Shown here piece by piece: positions 28,001 through 39,000 of a DNA stretch of 53,024 nucleotides. The DNA comes from Catajapyx aquilonaris. Lineage: Eukaryota. Numbering within the stretch: the first letter of the stretch is position 1; each line of letters opens with the position of its first letter. The notes beneath the pieces were generated by a model. That model was given only the letters and a program-made list of their open reading frames with translations, did not search any database and was not told where the DNA came from. The stretch is taken from assembly GCA_000934665.2 (NCBI GenBank), contig JYFJ02002667.1, forward strand, positions 1-53,024, given 5' to 3'. The translations under genes and the position numbers were made by a program.

Positions 28001-30906
28001 ATGTTCAAAGGTGTTTGTTTTCCACCTCTTTTGCAGTCAAACTCAGGCAATCTGCATATCCGCACCTCATCTCATTATTCACTGGATTTCAAGAAAAAAG
28101 TGCTGGAGGCCTACCAGTTTGGTGATTCCACATGTCACAATGCAGCTGCAACTGCAAGGAAGTTTGGCCTACCCCAACCAACAGTGAAGCATTGGGTCAA
28201 GTTTCTCCTGCCCCGTCTCCTTGCCCGATCAGGTCATAGTCAGGCGGACCAATCAAGACGAGGCAATCATGAATCTCCTGAAATGAGGGTAAAGGAACTA
28301 TTTTTATTATCATCATACATTTGTTGGGACTGGCTGAAATGCCAAGTCTACGGGCTTCTTGTCTACCGTGTGCAGTTTATTTTCCCTTCAAAATTACATG
28401 GCTCTCACAGGACAGGTGCCATTTCGTGGCAATTGCAACACCCGTCCTGTTAAGGTTTGAAACAATAATTATTATCAATCATTATTGATCCTGCAGTGTT
28501 TAGGCTTAACAATTGTAAATCTGCGTTGATGGTCAAGTTTGAATTCGGTAGGCCGCAATCATGAAAAGCCAATCACCATGCTGGATGTCAGTTTGCTTAT
28601 TTTTGCTCGCTGTTTGACGAACATCCAAATTTGCCACCTTCTGCATGACAGTCCCATTTACACACTTGATTGGTTAGTGTGCCAGGGGTATCAACAGACC
28701 TTTCACTCTCTCCCGCCAATCAATTGTTGGCGATGCACCTTTGCCAAGGCGCCAGGAGCCCACCCACCCCGCCCGCCCTACCCCACCCTCCTTGTAAGGT
28801 TCAGATAAACTCTAGATCAGCCCATGTGATTTTTCTGGCAGTGATTAGGCCAGGCCCTCCACAGGTCTCTGAATGGAGACGTCACACCAGTTTATTTCTG
28901 CCTGGTTTCAGGAAGAGGAGTTACACGAGAGGGACAAAGAAGCGAGAGTAGGGAAATCAAAACTGGTTGCTCGATTCAAGTTGATGGGACAGAATCAGGG
29001 AGGAAGTGAGGACCTCAACACATCCAGTGCCAAGAAGAAGGAACCAAAGCCAATGGTAATAATTCCTACACATGCAGATTAGTCACTATAGTTATATGTA
29101 GATTGAATAGTTATTCCCCTTTAAAGAAGTCAAATTTTCCGAGCAATATTTTCCAAGAAACTGCAAAATATGATCTAATATGCTTATTCCAGCTAAATTA
29201 TATCAGTGAGGGGAAGGGATAAATGTTTTTATTACCACACTGTGTGTCTCTGTTGGGACTTGCTGAAATGCCAAGTATCTGAACTTCTTCTCTACGGGCT
29301 GCTTTTGCTCCTTTGTCTCTTCTCGACGTAAAGATGAGTTTTCATGTGAGCGATTTGAGCGGTAACATCGCTGAGTAACCTGAGTAACCAGTGTTGTTGG
29401 AGGAGAAAGTAGATTGTTACTTTCACCTCAAACAATGTTGGTTACTTTGCATGTCAAGTCACTCTCATGTAAACGCATCTTATGGGGAAGGAAACACAGG
29501 ATGGGGACAGGTTGTGTTTGACATGAATGGTGCAGAACTCCTTTAAAATTCTTGCACTTTGGTGCACTTTAGCCCTGCAAAAATATTGCAGGTTTCTATG
29601 GATTCCCTTAATGTACTTGATGAGCCGAGTCGAGCCTCTTGCTTACCAACAAGTGTTGCCCTAAAAGCCATCTTGTGATTGTCGATTATCATTCAAGGCA
29701 TGTATTCCACCGCTGACTTTGTGGCTGTTGTCTGCGTGGCGTTGGAGTGACAGAACCGGTACTGCCCGTCTTGTGGGCCAGCCAGGCATGGTATGTCACC
29801 TGGTGTGATGATATTAGTTAATTGGGGGCGTTAGCGAGCAGGGCACTTATTGTGGGTTGTGTAGTCAAGTATATTGAGGAAGAATATTGAAACCTGCAGA
29901 AAGAAGATAAAGAAAGAGTTTGCAGGGGCCAGTTGTCCTCTTCAGGTGACAGTCCAAGGAGACCGTGATGTTGTAATAAACACTTAGCTGCCTATCCGGC
30001 CATCAGCGTACTCGACGTTTCTCCCCACTACATTTTTTAAATGCCTTGATCCAACGAGTGCCTCATGAGTGAGAATCAATCTTGTCTCTTCCATCACCTG
30101 TGCAGCCTACTTCAGGTGGAGCGAGAGGACGCCAGTCACGCTACTCACTGGATTTCAAGGAGAAAGTGATGGATGCCTACGAGTTTGGTGATTCCAAATG
30201 TCGTCACAACGCATATGCAACTGCAAAGAAGTTTGACTTAAACATAGGAATGGTGTGGTATTGGGTGAAGGTCCTCCGACCCCATCTCCTGGCCTCCCCA
30301 GCCCAGAGTCAGACGTGCCAACCAAGGCGAAAAGCTGATGAAAGAACAAGGGAGGAAACAAAGGTAAGCAAGCGACTCATCAGATTACCTAGTGATGGCT
30401 GGAAAAGCGCATAAACCCAGACGACAAAAGAATGTATCTGTCCAACCGTACTATGGCAGCCATTATTATTTTATTATAACTTACAAATGAAGGAAGTGCA
30501 GAGTTACTGTCAATGATGCAATTAAATTGGTAACCACTACAAACATTCCACATTAAGAACATGCTCTAATTTTGTGTTCGGTAGTAGACTAGAGAATTTG
30601 CAAACTGGAAAGTTGTATGATCTTAATATCATTTTTCATTCATTTCCTGTGCAGCCTCCCCAGAAGGAAGCGGAACCCTCTGGGTCCCTCACCCAGTCGA
30701 TGGACTTGAAGAGGAAGGTGCTGGACGCATTCGAGTTTGGAGATTCCTCATGTCGTCACAACCTGGAAGCAACTGCCAGGAAATTCTGTCTCAGCACCAC
30801 CACAGTGTGGTACTGGATCAGATACATTCGACCCCACCTCCTCTCCAAGAGTCAGATGAATCCACCAAATCAAAACTCTGATGAAAGGAATGGTGGTACA
30901 AAGTAA
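9651..30906 (+). CDS. Gene B: C2H2-ZF + 18 Brinker-type HTH domains, ~35 coding exons, ~2,200 aa if all are included
   Basis: ZF exon 9651-10010. Linker exons 13216-13389, 13442-13519, 13612-13755 (GC donor), 16690-16812, 16866-16943, 17270-17413, 19082-19255, 19308-19385, 19475-19618, 22298-22420, 22474-22551, 22878-23021, 26829-26951, 27005-27076, 27393-27536, 28912-29055. 18 BrkDBD exons listed separately. All phase 0 and open. Confidence 0.75.
10271..10737. mobile_element. MITE with ~65-bp TIRs
   Basis: TAGAGGGGACCAAGACAAG...CTTGTCTTGGTCCCCTCTA; internal GTTGCCAGGTTATGGC repeats. Confidence 0.75.
12447..12750 (+). mobile_element. Merlin / ISXO2-like (IS1595 family) transposase relic
   Basis: GRIESPGHVVMEIIDET; WASYNGVKAVGYNHQLTVSRTLHFVDPVTCANTRAIQS; HLAKFQWRR resemble Merlin motifs GGPGxxVEIDE, HxTVNHSxxFVDP, YLxEFxWR. 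Confidence 0.7.
13874..14113 (+). CDS. BrkDBD exon B1 (type I)
   Basis: 240 nt; GISACAVTYWVK. Confidence 0.8.
14275..14529 (+). CDS. BrkDBD exon B2 (type II)
   Basis: 255 nt; GLHQQTVRKWVK. Confidence 0.8.
14620..15165 (-). mobile_element. Mariner relic interrupted by ~250-bp hairpin MITE (14814-15073)
   Basis: Shares sequence with mariner copies at 2520 and 25000; GGTTTTTGCACAGCTAT...ATAGCTGTGCAAAAACC inverted arms. Confidence 0.65.
15268..15507 (+). CDS. BrkDBD exon B3 (type I)
   Basis: 240 nt; GIGDCTVSRWVK. Confidence 0.8.
15659..15868 (+). CDS. BrkDBD exon B4 (type II; alternative donor after 15916)
   Basis: 210/258 nt; GLKGITVWSWVK. Confidence 0.75.
17512..17751 (+). CDS. BrkDBD exon B5 (type I)
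   Basis: 240 nt; GISSFALRYWVK. Confidence 0.8.
17911..18162 (+). CDS. BrkDBD exon B6 (type II)
   Basis: 252 nt; GLPKATVMYWVK. Confidence 0.8.
18260..18670 (-). mobile_element. Mariner transposase fragment
   Basis: LPHPPYYPELAPSDFHLF. Confidence 0.8.
19736..19975 (+). CDS. BrkDBD exon B7 (type I)
   Basis: 240 nt; GMSFSLVRYWVK. Confidence 0.8.
20134..20388 (+). CDS. BrkDBD exon B8 (type II)
   Basis: 255 nt; GIPQQTVWKWVK. Confidence 0.8.
20480..21015 (-). mobile_element. Mariner relic + hairpin MITE (duplicate of 14620-15165)
   Basis: Near-identical to 14620-15165; LPPGKSVDVKSYCDGLRR. Confidence 0.65.
21120..21359 (+). CDS. BrkDBD exon B9 (type I)
   Basis: 240 nt; GIGDCTVSRWVK. Confidence 0.8.
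21511..21720 (+). CDS. BrkDBD exon B10 (type II; alternative donor after 21768)
   Basis: 210/258 nt; GLKGITVWSWVK. Confidence 0.75.
23126..23365 (+). CDS. BrkDBD exon B11 (type I)
   Basis: 240 nt; GIGSRGLRYWVK. Confidence 0.8.
23521..23772 (+). CDS. BrkDBD exon B12 (type II)
   Basis: 252 nt; GVNQPTVWHWVK. Confidence 0.8.
23870..24340 (-). mobile_element. Mariner transposase fragment
   Basis: MPHPPYYPELVPSDFHLF...LPHLWCQCI. Confidence 0.8.
24584..25479 (-). mobile_element. Internally deleted mariner element with both TIRs
   Basis: TA-TGAGGTGTGATCGAAA ... TTTCGATCACACCTCG-TA; minus-strand EQMICIKFCFQLNKT and MLIIFFDVIGFVHREFPPPGETVN. Confidence 0.85.
25991..26230 (+). CDS. BrkDBD exon B13 (type I)
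   Basis: 240 nt; GISDCTVSRWVQ. Confidence 0.8.
26403..26612 (+). CDS. BrkDBD exon B14 (type II)
   Basis: 210 nt; GVPQGTVRQWGK. Confidence 0.75.
27639..27878 (+). CDS. BrkDBD exon B15 (type I)
   Basis: 240 nt; GISSRGLRFWVQ. Confidence 0.8.
28037..28288 (+). CDS. BrkDBD exon B16 (type II)
   Basis: 252 nt; GLPQPTVKHWVK. Confidence 0.8.
30106..30363 (+). CDS. BrkDBD exon B17
   Basis: 258 nt; DLNIGMVWYWVK. Confidence 0.8.
30655..30906 (+). CDS. BrkDBD exon B18 (invariant terminal domain)
   Basis: CLSTTTVWYWIR; ends in TAA. Confidence 0.8.
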   Translation, partial: PPQKEAEPSGSLTQSMDLKRKVLDAFEFGDSSCRHNLEATARKFCLSTTTVWYWIRYIRPHLLSKSQMNPPNQNSDERNGGTK

Positions 30907-31173
30907 ACAAATCTCTAAATGCAATGTGCAATTAGTGTGAGACATCGGGACCACAATGTAAAGGACAGATCCATTCCGTAAGACTTTTTTTTTGATTGGG
31001 CACTAAAATTACTTCACCTTGTATAGCAGACTCCAGTAGTTATAACCAAGGTTTGTCATATTGTAACACACAGGGCAGATGTGGTGTGGACCAACCTTTC
31101 GAGACTGTTGTATCCAGGGCTATTATATCAAGCGTCAACTGTACTAGAACAGAATGTATTAAAATTGCATCAG

Positions 31174-31338
31174 GCACTTCAATTGCGCGGCTCCAACTGC
31201 AAGACATGTACCGCATCTGTGTGGCGAAGGAACAACAGCAAGCGAGTGCGCAATGCTTGCGGACAGTACTTCAAAGTGTATGGTGGGAATCTGACTCTGA
31301 CCCCAGGGAAGAATGTCATCAAAAGTTATAGCTGGTGA
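31174..31338 (+). pseudogene. GATA-type zinc-finger exon behind gene B (two Cys lost)
   Basis: CAG|ALQLRGSNCKTCTASVWRRNNSKRVRNACGQYFKVYG...*. Confidence 0.7.
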
Positions 31339-32429
31339 TAATAATAATAATAGTTCTCGGCTGCAATTCTGATGACAACATTACATCAAGACTGCAGGTA
31401 AAATGAGTGCTTGGTGCAGTTGATGTCCTAGGTGCGAAATTCTTCACGTAGAATTTCCCAGTGACGCACCACTCACCATGCCTTTACCCGATGGAACTTT
31501 GGAAGACAAGTGGCATGTAAAGCACATTGGAGTCGAGGAACATGTGAAGTACGGATCCCCTGCTTCATTGTTGTTTGATGTTGTGTCATTTTAGTCCCTT
31601 TATATTTTATACGGATCATGTGATTTTAATTATGAGAACAAAGACTGCTTCCTGAGGGCGCTGGAACTTGAATGATCTCGCTCAGCCAGTAAATATCAGG
31701 CTCGCTCTGGAAACAAACTGTGTTTAATTTGTATTGCTTTACATGTGGTGGAGTCCCCGCAACTGAAGAATCCCTCCTCTGCCTGCACACCTATATGTGG
31801 AGCAACGAACATGAATGTATGACCTTGCAGCAATCACGGAATTTCCCCAATCAATGGTTGGACTTATGTGTGGCTTTTCCACCTTGCCTGACTACAGCAA
31901 CCAGGGCTGTGACCTTGACCTTCCAATAACTGCAGCATGGAATGTTCCTCCAGTTCATCTCATCACACCCAATGATTAGTTAACGACACGACTGCTATTA
32001 TTAAAGACCTCTATTATTACAATTATTATTTTAAAGTGTTTTTTTTTTACTGCCATTTACTGCATACTATAGCAGTGGAGCCCGTTCTTCGCATGGCCTC
32101 TTTCCATGATAATCACCAAGAAAAACATGCTGCGATGGACAAACAAACAAATCAACCAACCAAATTTGCCTTATAAACACCTGTCACTAAAATATTTCCC
32201 ACACCTCAAAGACCTCATTCCTTCGCACGGGACCCTCACGTTTTTCTGTAATGGATAAGTTTTCTGCAACGTCTGGAACCGCAGGTAATGAGAGTTGGTT
32301 TCAAGTTTTGCCAACTCCAAATTTGGGAAGACTGTGCTCAACCTTTTTCTGACTGTCAACAGAGTGTGGCACAACTTGTTAGAAGCCAGCAATACAATCC
32401 TGCAATGCAACCATTACTCTTTTTTTCAA

Positions 32430-32685
32430 AGTAATTGACCAGTTCGAATAATCCCGCCAGATATCGATGGACACGCCCTATCGGCATCGCCAGGGAGGAG
32501 ATTGACGATTTCCGGGTAGGTCTCGCGTCGATAGGATCTTCCCACCGAGAGTCTCTCTTCTTATTCCATCATTTAATTCTTCTTCCTCCTCCTCTGGACC
32601 TCAAGAGTCTTCTTCTTCTTGTCTGGTGAGTCTGTGGCTTCCTCTTGCCCATCTTGAATTACCCATTGTTTGGGCACGTGCACAG
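32430..32685 (+). promoter_or_regulatory. Putative promoter / 5'UTR of gene C
   Basis: TATCGATG at 32462; intron 32626-32685. Confidence 0.5.
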
Positions 32686-32704
32686 GTGGAGACCTGCAGA
32701 GGGG

Positions 32705-33070
32705 ATGATGAGCCTCCCTCAGCCCCAACCAGGACCAAGCCTGATGGCCACCGAAGAAGGGCAGTTCAGGTGCGTCTACTGCCTGGACGCCACCTTCAGG
32801 ACCAGGCTGCAGCTGAGGGCACACCAGTTCATACACGGGCCAAGGGACTGGGTGAAGGTGGAGCCAGAGGAGGATGCGGCAGAGGGAAGGGTGGTCGTCG
32901 TAACAACAGAGGAGGAGAGGCCAACTGGAGGAGGGGATCAGACGCACCAGAAGGAGGAAGAGTCCATCTTGAGCTCTGGTGGTGGTGGTGACCCTCCAGG
33001 AGACGCCGAACCTTCATTCGAATTCATTTCCATTGACGGCTGGCCTGGACGGAACAGGGCACTTGCCGGG
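32705..33070 (+). CDS. Gene C first coding exon: C2H2 zinc finger
   Basis: FRCVYCLDATFRTRLQLRAHQFIH; donor GGG|GTAAGG. Confidence 0.8.
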
Positions 33071-36000
33071 GTAAGGGTCATCAATCTCATCAGTTAACAC
33101 TTAACTACCGACGTGAATCTGCCACACATTGGCTACGACGTGGTGTATTTTTCTACCCCACGCGGTTTTCATTTTTAAAAAAATTTGCCTTAAGAGCACT
33201 AAAGCCATTCTTCTGCGCTAAATTCGGCCTGTATTCTCATCTGTATGTGTAAAAAAAAAATCGATCTCCTGTGACCATTAGTTGAGTCATAAGGGACTTG
33301 AGACTCCGTTACCGCACCTTCGTAGCCTTCCAGCTCGATGCCGTAAGTAATGACTTATAACGTAAACATTCCCGGCTGCAAGGTCTGCAAGATTTTAGTT
33401 CCAAGCAATATTTATTGCTGAATAACAACACACACAATTTATAAAATACAATTTTGCTGTGATGCGCTGTGATGGGCTCTCTAAAAAAATTATGTACATT
33501 GGCTACGACGTGGGGTATATTTCTACCCCATCAGTGACGCTTAGCAGCATAAAAGTACCGGTAACTCCGCAAAAAAAAATTCTACTAATGTCAAAAATTG
33601 TCTTTGGATCGAAGAAAGTATGTCTGAGGAATATGGGCCTGCCATTTTTCATTTCATACAAAATTTATTAATCGCGATGGTATTATCTACATTGTGGGGT
33701 AGAAAAATACCTTGGTAGTTAAGTGTTAATAACAGACACACAAAATTGGCAACCCTTCAGTATACTGTGGGTCCAGGTCACTATTGCCTGTGTAAATAAT
33801 ATATAAACCCTAGTAATTAATGAATGATAAGGGAACTCTCCGGAATGTAAACAACCTCATTAGAAATGATTATTGTCATGTGAGCTGAAGCTAATCCAGC
33901 AACACGTTGAACTGGAGCTGCATTGTTTTTGATGTCAAGAAATGCTAGGGCAATGTGAATGCATGTGAATGTGTTCGCTGCACCTGTCTATCATATTAAA
34001 ATCCTTGCGGGAGTTGGCCAAGCCCTCTGATTGGTCCGCCGCATATTGTTAAACCACCACCACCTCATTTGCCAGCGTTCTACTCATGCGCAATGGGGTG
34101 TAAACAACAACTCTGTTGGATCCCCAGGGAAACTGTCCATTCTTTCTCTGGATTGTTGCCCAGTCGACACTACTGTGAAGTTGTTATACTTGTGTCAGTT
34201 CCCTTTATGGAACGACAGACACAGGACAGGCATGTTCTCACTTCTCACTAATCGGGCCGTTCGAAGACTGCTGGAGGGCTAACGTTAAGGCCATTTCACA
34301 AAATGCGGCAAATTTTTATTTATATTTATTGTTGCCAATTGTTGGCAGCAATAAAATTTGCCGCAAGTCGCGCCGTTTGCCGCGCGACATTTTTTTGGTG
34401 AAATGGCCTTTACACCCTCCTGCGGCGATATGGTGTGCCGAACAGGTACCCCAGTAGGAAAATGAGAGTGGAGCGAGGGTTTTCCTAGTTGTAAACATGA
34501 AGTGTGTTATTGCAGGGACTTGAAAGTGTCAGAGCAGAGCAGCCTGAAGTGATGGAAACAATAGTTGAAGACACGTGTGGCAGTGACTCTGACTTGGACA
34601 ACAGGAGTGAAATCCAGGCTTGTGTGGAACATGCACACAAACACACCACTCCCAACGAGAGATCAGGAAGGAAGAGGACGCAAAGAAAGGTGGAAAGGAG
34701 AGTTTGCAGCAAGACACAAAATTTGAAACTGTTCCGTTTCAGGTGAATAGCCAAGAAGATGACCGCAAGTCAAAAAAGTCAAACCCTTCTCGGGATGTTT
34801 CAAATCTCAGTTTGGAAAACGTAAGAACACACTTCATCAGGAATGACTTGCTGTGATTCCACAGTTGCATTTCCCTTTGCAAGGTTAAAGTAAAATCCCC
34901 GCTTGTTTAGGAGGAGGTGCCATCAAGAGCAAGGAGATCAAAACGGGTTGCTCGGGTCAAGATGACGGAACAGAGCCAGGCAGGCAGCGAGGACAAGATC
35001 CTAGTGGACGCCCTCAAGACATCCAGTGCAAAGGGCAAGGAACCAAAACCAATGGTAAGTCTCACTTTCTGTCATGGACATGAAGAAATGATGCTTTTAA
35101 AAAATATGCTACAGGCCTGCCTTGAACAGATGAGGTTGTATTTCATCTACTTTTAAATAACTGTTCCAGCTGACCTCTGGAAAGGGGAAAACCAGTAAGC
35201 GAAACAGATACTCACTGGCATTCAAGGAAAAGGTGCTTGATGTTTACGAGTTTGATAATTCAAAATGTCGCCACAATTATGATGCAACTGCACGGAAGTT
35301 TGGAATAGATTCAAAGACTGTGAGGCTTTGGGTGAAAGCCATGCGACCTCACCTCCGTGCCTACCAACCAAAGGAAGATGCTGATGAGATGTTAGGGAAT
35401 AGGAAAAAGGTAAGCCTCGTCAGATTATTAAGAAAAGAGGAAGATGGATTCAAGATCACTGATAGTAATTAATAAATCTGCCACATACCCCGTCAGTGCT
35501 GGGAAGCAAGAGAGGGAGATTGTATTGACAATATAATATGTTCAAAATGTTTGTTTTCCACCTTCCGCAGCCAAAGTCAGGGAAACTGAAAATCCCCACG
35601 TCACCTTTTTATTCACTGGATTTCAAGAAAAAAGTGCTGGAAGCCTACAAGTCTGGTGATTCCAAAGGTCGTCACAACATGAGTGCAACTTCAAAGAAGT
35701 TTGGCTTACCACAAGGAACAGTGTGGAAATGGGTGAAGTTTCTTCAACCCAGTCTCCTTGCCCCTTCAACCCAGGGTCAGGTACGTACAAATCAAGGCCA
35801 GGCACTCGTGAAAGGAGAAGTCATGAAATGAGGGTGGATGACCTATATTTTAAATAACCGCACTTCTGCTGGGACTTGCAGAAATGCCATGGGGTATCCA
35901 TCAGTGCTGGAAAGAAAGAAAGAGCAAGATTGCATTGACAATATAATATTATGTTCAAGATGTTTGTTTTCCACCTCTTCTGCAGCCAAGGTCAGGGAAA

Positions 36001-39000
36001 CTGAAAATCCGCACATCTTGCTACTCCATGGAATTCAAGAAAAAAGTGCTGGAAGCCTACGAGTCTGGTGATTCCAAATGTCGTCTCAATACAGTTGCAA
36101 CTGCAAGGAAGTTTGGCCTACACCAACGAACCGTGTGGCAGTGGGTGAAGTCCCTCCGACCCCAGCTGCTTGCCCATTCAGCCCAGAGTCTGGTACGTAC
36201 CAATCAAGGCCAGGCACTCGTGAAAGGAGAAGGCATGAAATGAGGGTAAATGAACTATTATTTTCCTAAATCACCACACTTCTGCTGGGAGTTGCAGAAA
36301 TGCCAATTCCATGGAAAATATAGGTTGCTCTTTGCTCCTTTGATTCCCTACGAGTATAAGAAGGGGTGCTGACAGGTTGTGTTTGACATGAATGAGGCGA
36401 GAATCCATTCAAAGTCTGTGTCTTGGGCAGTTAGGGGGGCAGTTCAAAAGAATCGAAAAGGCACCCAGAATGTGCGCATTTTAAAATGCCAAGGGTGCAA
36501 ATTAATTTCCTGCCACAATATGAAGCCACTGATATGCCCACAAGGGATTTATTTTTAAAGATTATATTATGTTGGTTGTAGAGAAGATCCCGGATAATTC
36601 GATCTCTGATTATTATCCGACTCCTCTGATTATCCCGTGTTTTTTGTGTTCCTACCATGCCCCGCTCCCGTGGGTGATGGATAATCGGGTTTCTACTGTA
36701 CATGTTTTGGAACAATCATTATAAATAATATTGATCTCGCACAGTTGAGGTGTAACAATTTGAAATATGTTCGAATTCGTTTTCCATCATGAACAGGAAG
36801 AAATTACCTTTTTTTAAAAAAAAACCTATGCATCAGGCCTACCTTGGGCAATGATGTTTACTTAATGACTGATGATGTCAGATTTCCTCAACTTTTAAAT
36901 ATCCATTGCAGCCGACCTCTGGGAAAGGGACAACCCGCAAAAGACGCATCCACTCACTGGCCTTCAAGGAAAAGGTGCTTGATGAGTACGAGTTTGGTGA
37001 TTCCAAGTGTCGTCACAATGGAAGTGCAACTGCAAGGAAGTTTGGCATAGATGAAAGTGCTGTGAGGCGTTGGGTGAAAGCCATGCGACCTCACCTCCTT
37101 GCCTGCCAACCAAAGGAAGATGCTCATCGGATGTTAGGGAATAGGAAAAGAGTAAGCCTCATCAGATTGTTATTAAGCACAGAAGAAAATGGTTTCAAGA
37201 TTATGGGTAGTAATTACTAAATCAGTCATATACATCAGTGCTGGAAGGAAAGAGAGCGAGATTGTGTAGACAATATATTATGTTCTGAGATGTTTGTTTT
37301 CCACCTCTTCTGCAGCCAAAGTCAGGGAAATTGGAAATCCACACGTCATCTTGCTACTCCCTGGATTTCAAGAAAAAAGTGCTGGAAGCCTACGAGTCGG
37401 GTGATTCCAAATGTTGTCACAATGTGGCTGCAACTGCAAGGAAGTTTGGCTTACCACGAGTAACAGTGATGCAGTGGATGAAGTTTCTCCGACCTCGGCT
37501 GCTTGCCCGTTCAGCCCAGAGTCAGGTACGTACCAATCAAGGCGAGGCAGAAACGACGAGTCATGAAACGAGGGTAAATTAACTGTTTCTTAAAATAGCC
37601 ACACTTGTCCGGTTGTTCCACAAAACCCTTCAATGGGGAACTAGCCTTCATTTTAGAAACTACATAATAAATTCGCCCATATTTTTTGGATTTTTTTGGC
37701 ATATTTCGTTTTAAGAAATCAAGTTCCAGTTCCGGAGTAATTTGGGTTTTTTCGAAGGAAAATGGTGACGTCACTGTTTTCCTCGAAAATGTTGTCGTCA
37801 CGGGAAGTGAAATGAACGCAAAAATGATGTTATAGAACGCGCCCCGGCAGGGTCGTAAAATAATTCCTTGTACTGTGCTGGACACGGCTGGACATTTGAG
37901 CAGTCCAAGTGTTTACTTAGTTGCCAGGTAACGGGCGAGTTTTTACTCTAAGGCCGGGTTGCACCGGCTCCCGGAAAATTTGCCTAGCCGAAGAAGAGCC
38001 AAGATAGTTTGTTATTCATTGTTGACATCATTGTTGACAACAATGAATAACAAACTATCCTGGCTCTTTTTCGACCGGATAAATTTTCCAGGAGCCGGTG
38101 CAACCCAGCCTAAGCCACTCAAACCGCTTTGTACAGTACGTGGCAGTGATGCCACCAGCTCGGAAATATCTGTCTCATGAATTAGGCACATGAATTTGAC
38201 CCTTTTCCACCTCGATGGCCTACAGCCGCCTTGCGAATGCTTTCCGTCGTGTCCGCGGTTAATTCAAAGTCAAATTCCTCATATCTCGCTGTCAACCAGG
38301 CATTTCAGTGTACACTTTCGCTTGGCACCACCCGGCCGCCCTGTTTTTCCCGCCAATTCTGAAGGCACTTTTGAATGTGCCGTAATTTATCCAGTAATGT
38401 CATTTTGATGCAACAGAGTGATGGAATGTATGTTTACAGGCATGGGCTAGCTAGTTATGAACAAAAATCCCAAATCCCAGACCAAGGCTAGATCCCCATT
38501 CCTACATGTGCAGGATAGTCTCTAATTATATGTCGATTGAATAGTTATTCCCCCTTTAAAGAAGCCAAATTATTTGCCAAGCAATGTTATGCAAGAATCT
38601 GCAAAATATGTTCCAATATATTCCAGGTGAATGATTTCATATGCTGCATTTCTGCTGGCTTGAATAATTTTTATGAAAGGCCTTCTACATCACTGAGCAA
38701 TGTTGGACATGCTTATGCTGAAAATACTACGCCAACATTAAGGGTTCAGGAAGGGATGTTTCATGATTGTGTGACAGATTCCTTTTCCATCATGTACAAG
38801 AAGAAATTGTGCAAAAGAAACTTTGCTAACATGACCAGTGACGTTAACTTGACAAGTGCTTATGTAAGATTTTAATTTCGTAATGTAGCATATTATATAT
38901 TTATATTACGGCCAACTTCTCAGAACAGGACAATCCACAATAGACGCGTGTACTCCCTGGCTTTCAAGAGAAAAGTGCTGGAGGCCTACCAGTTTGGCGA

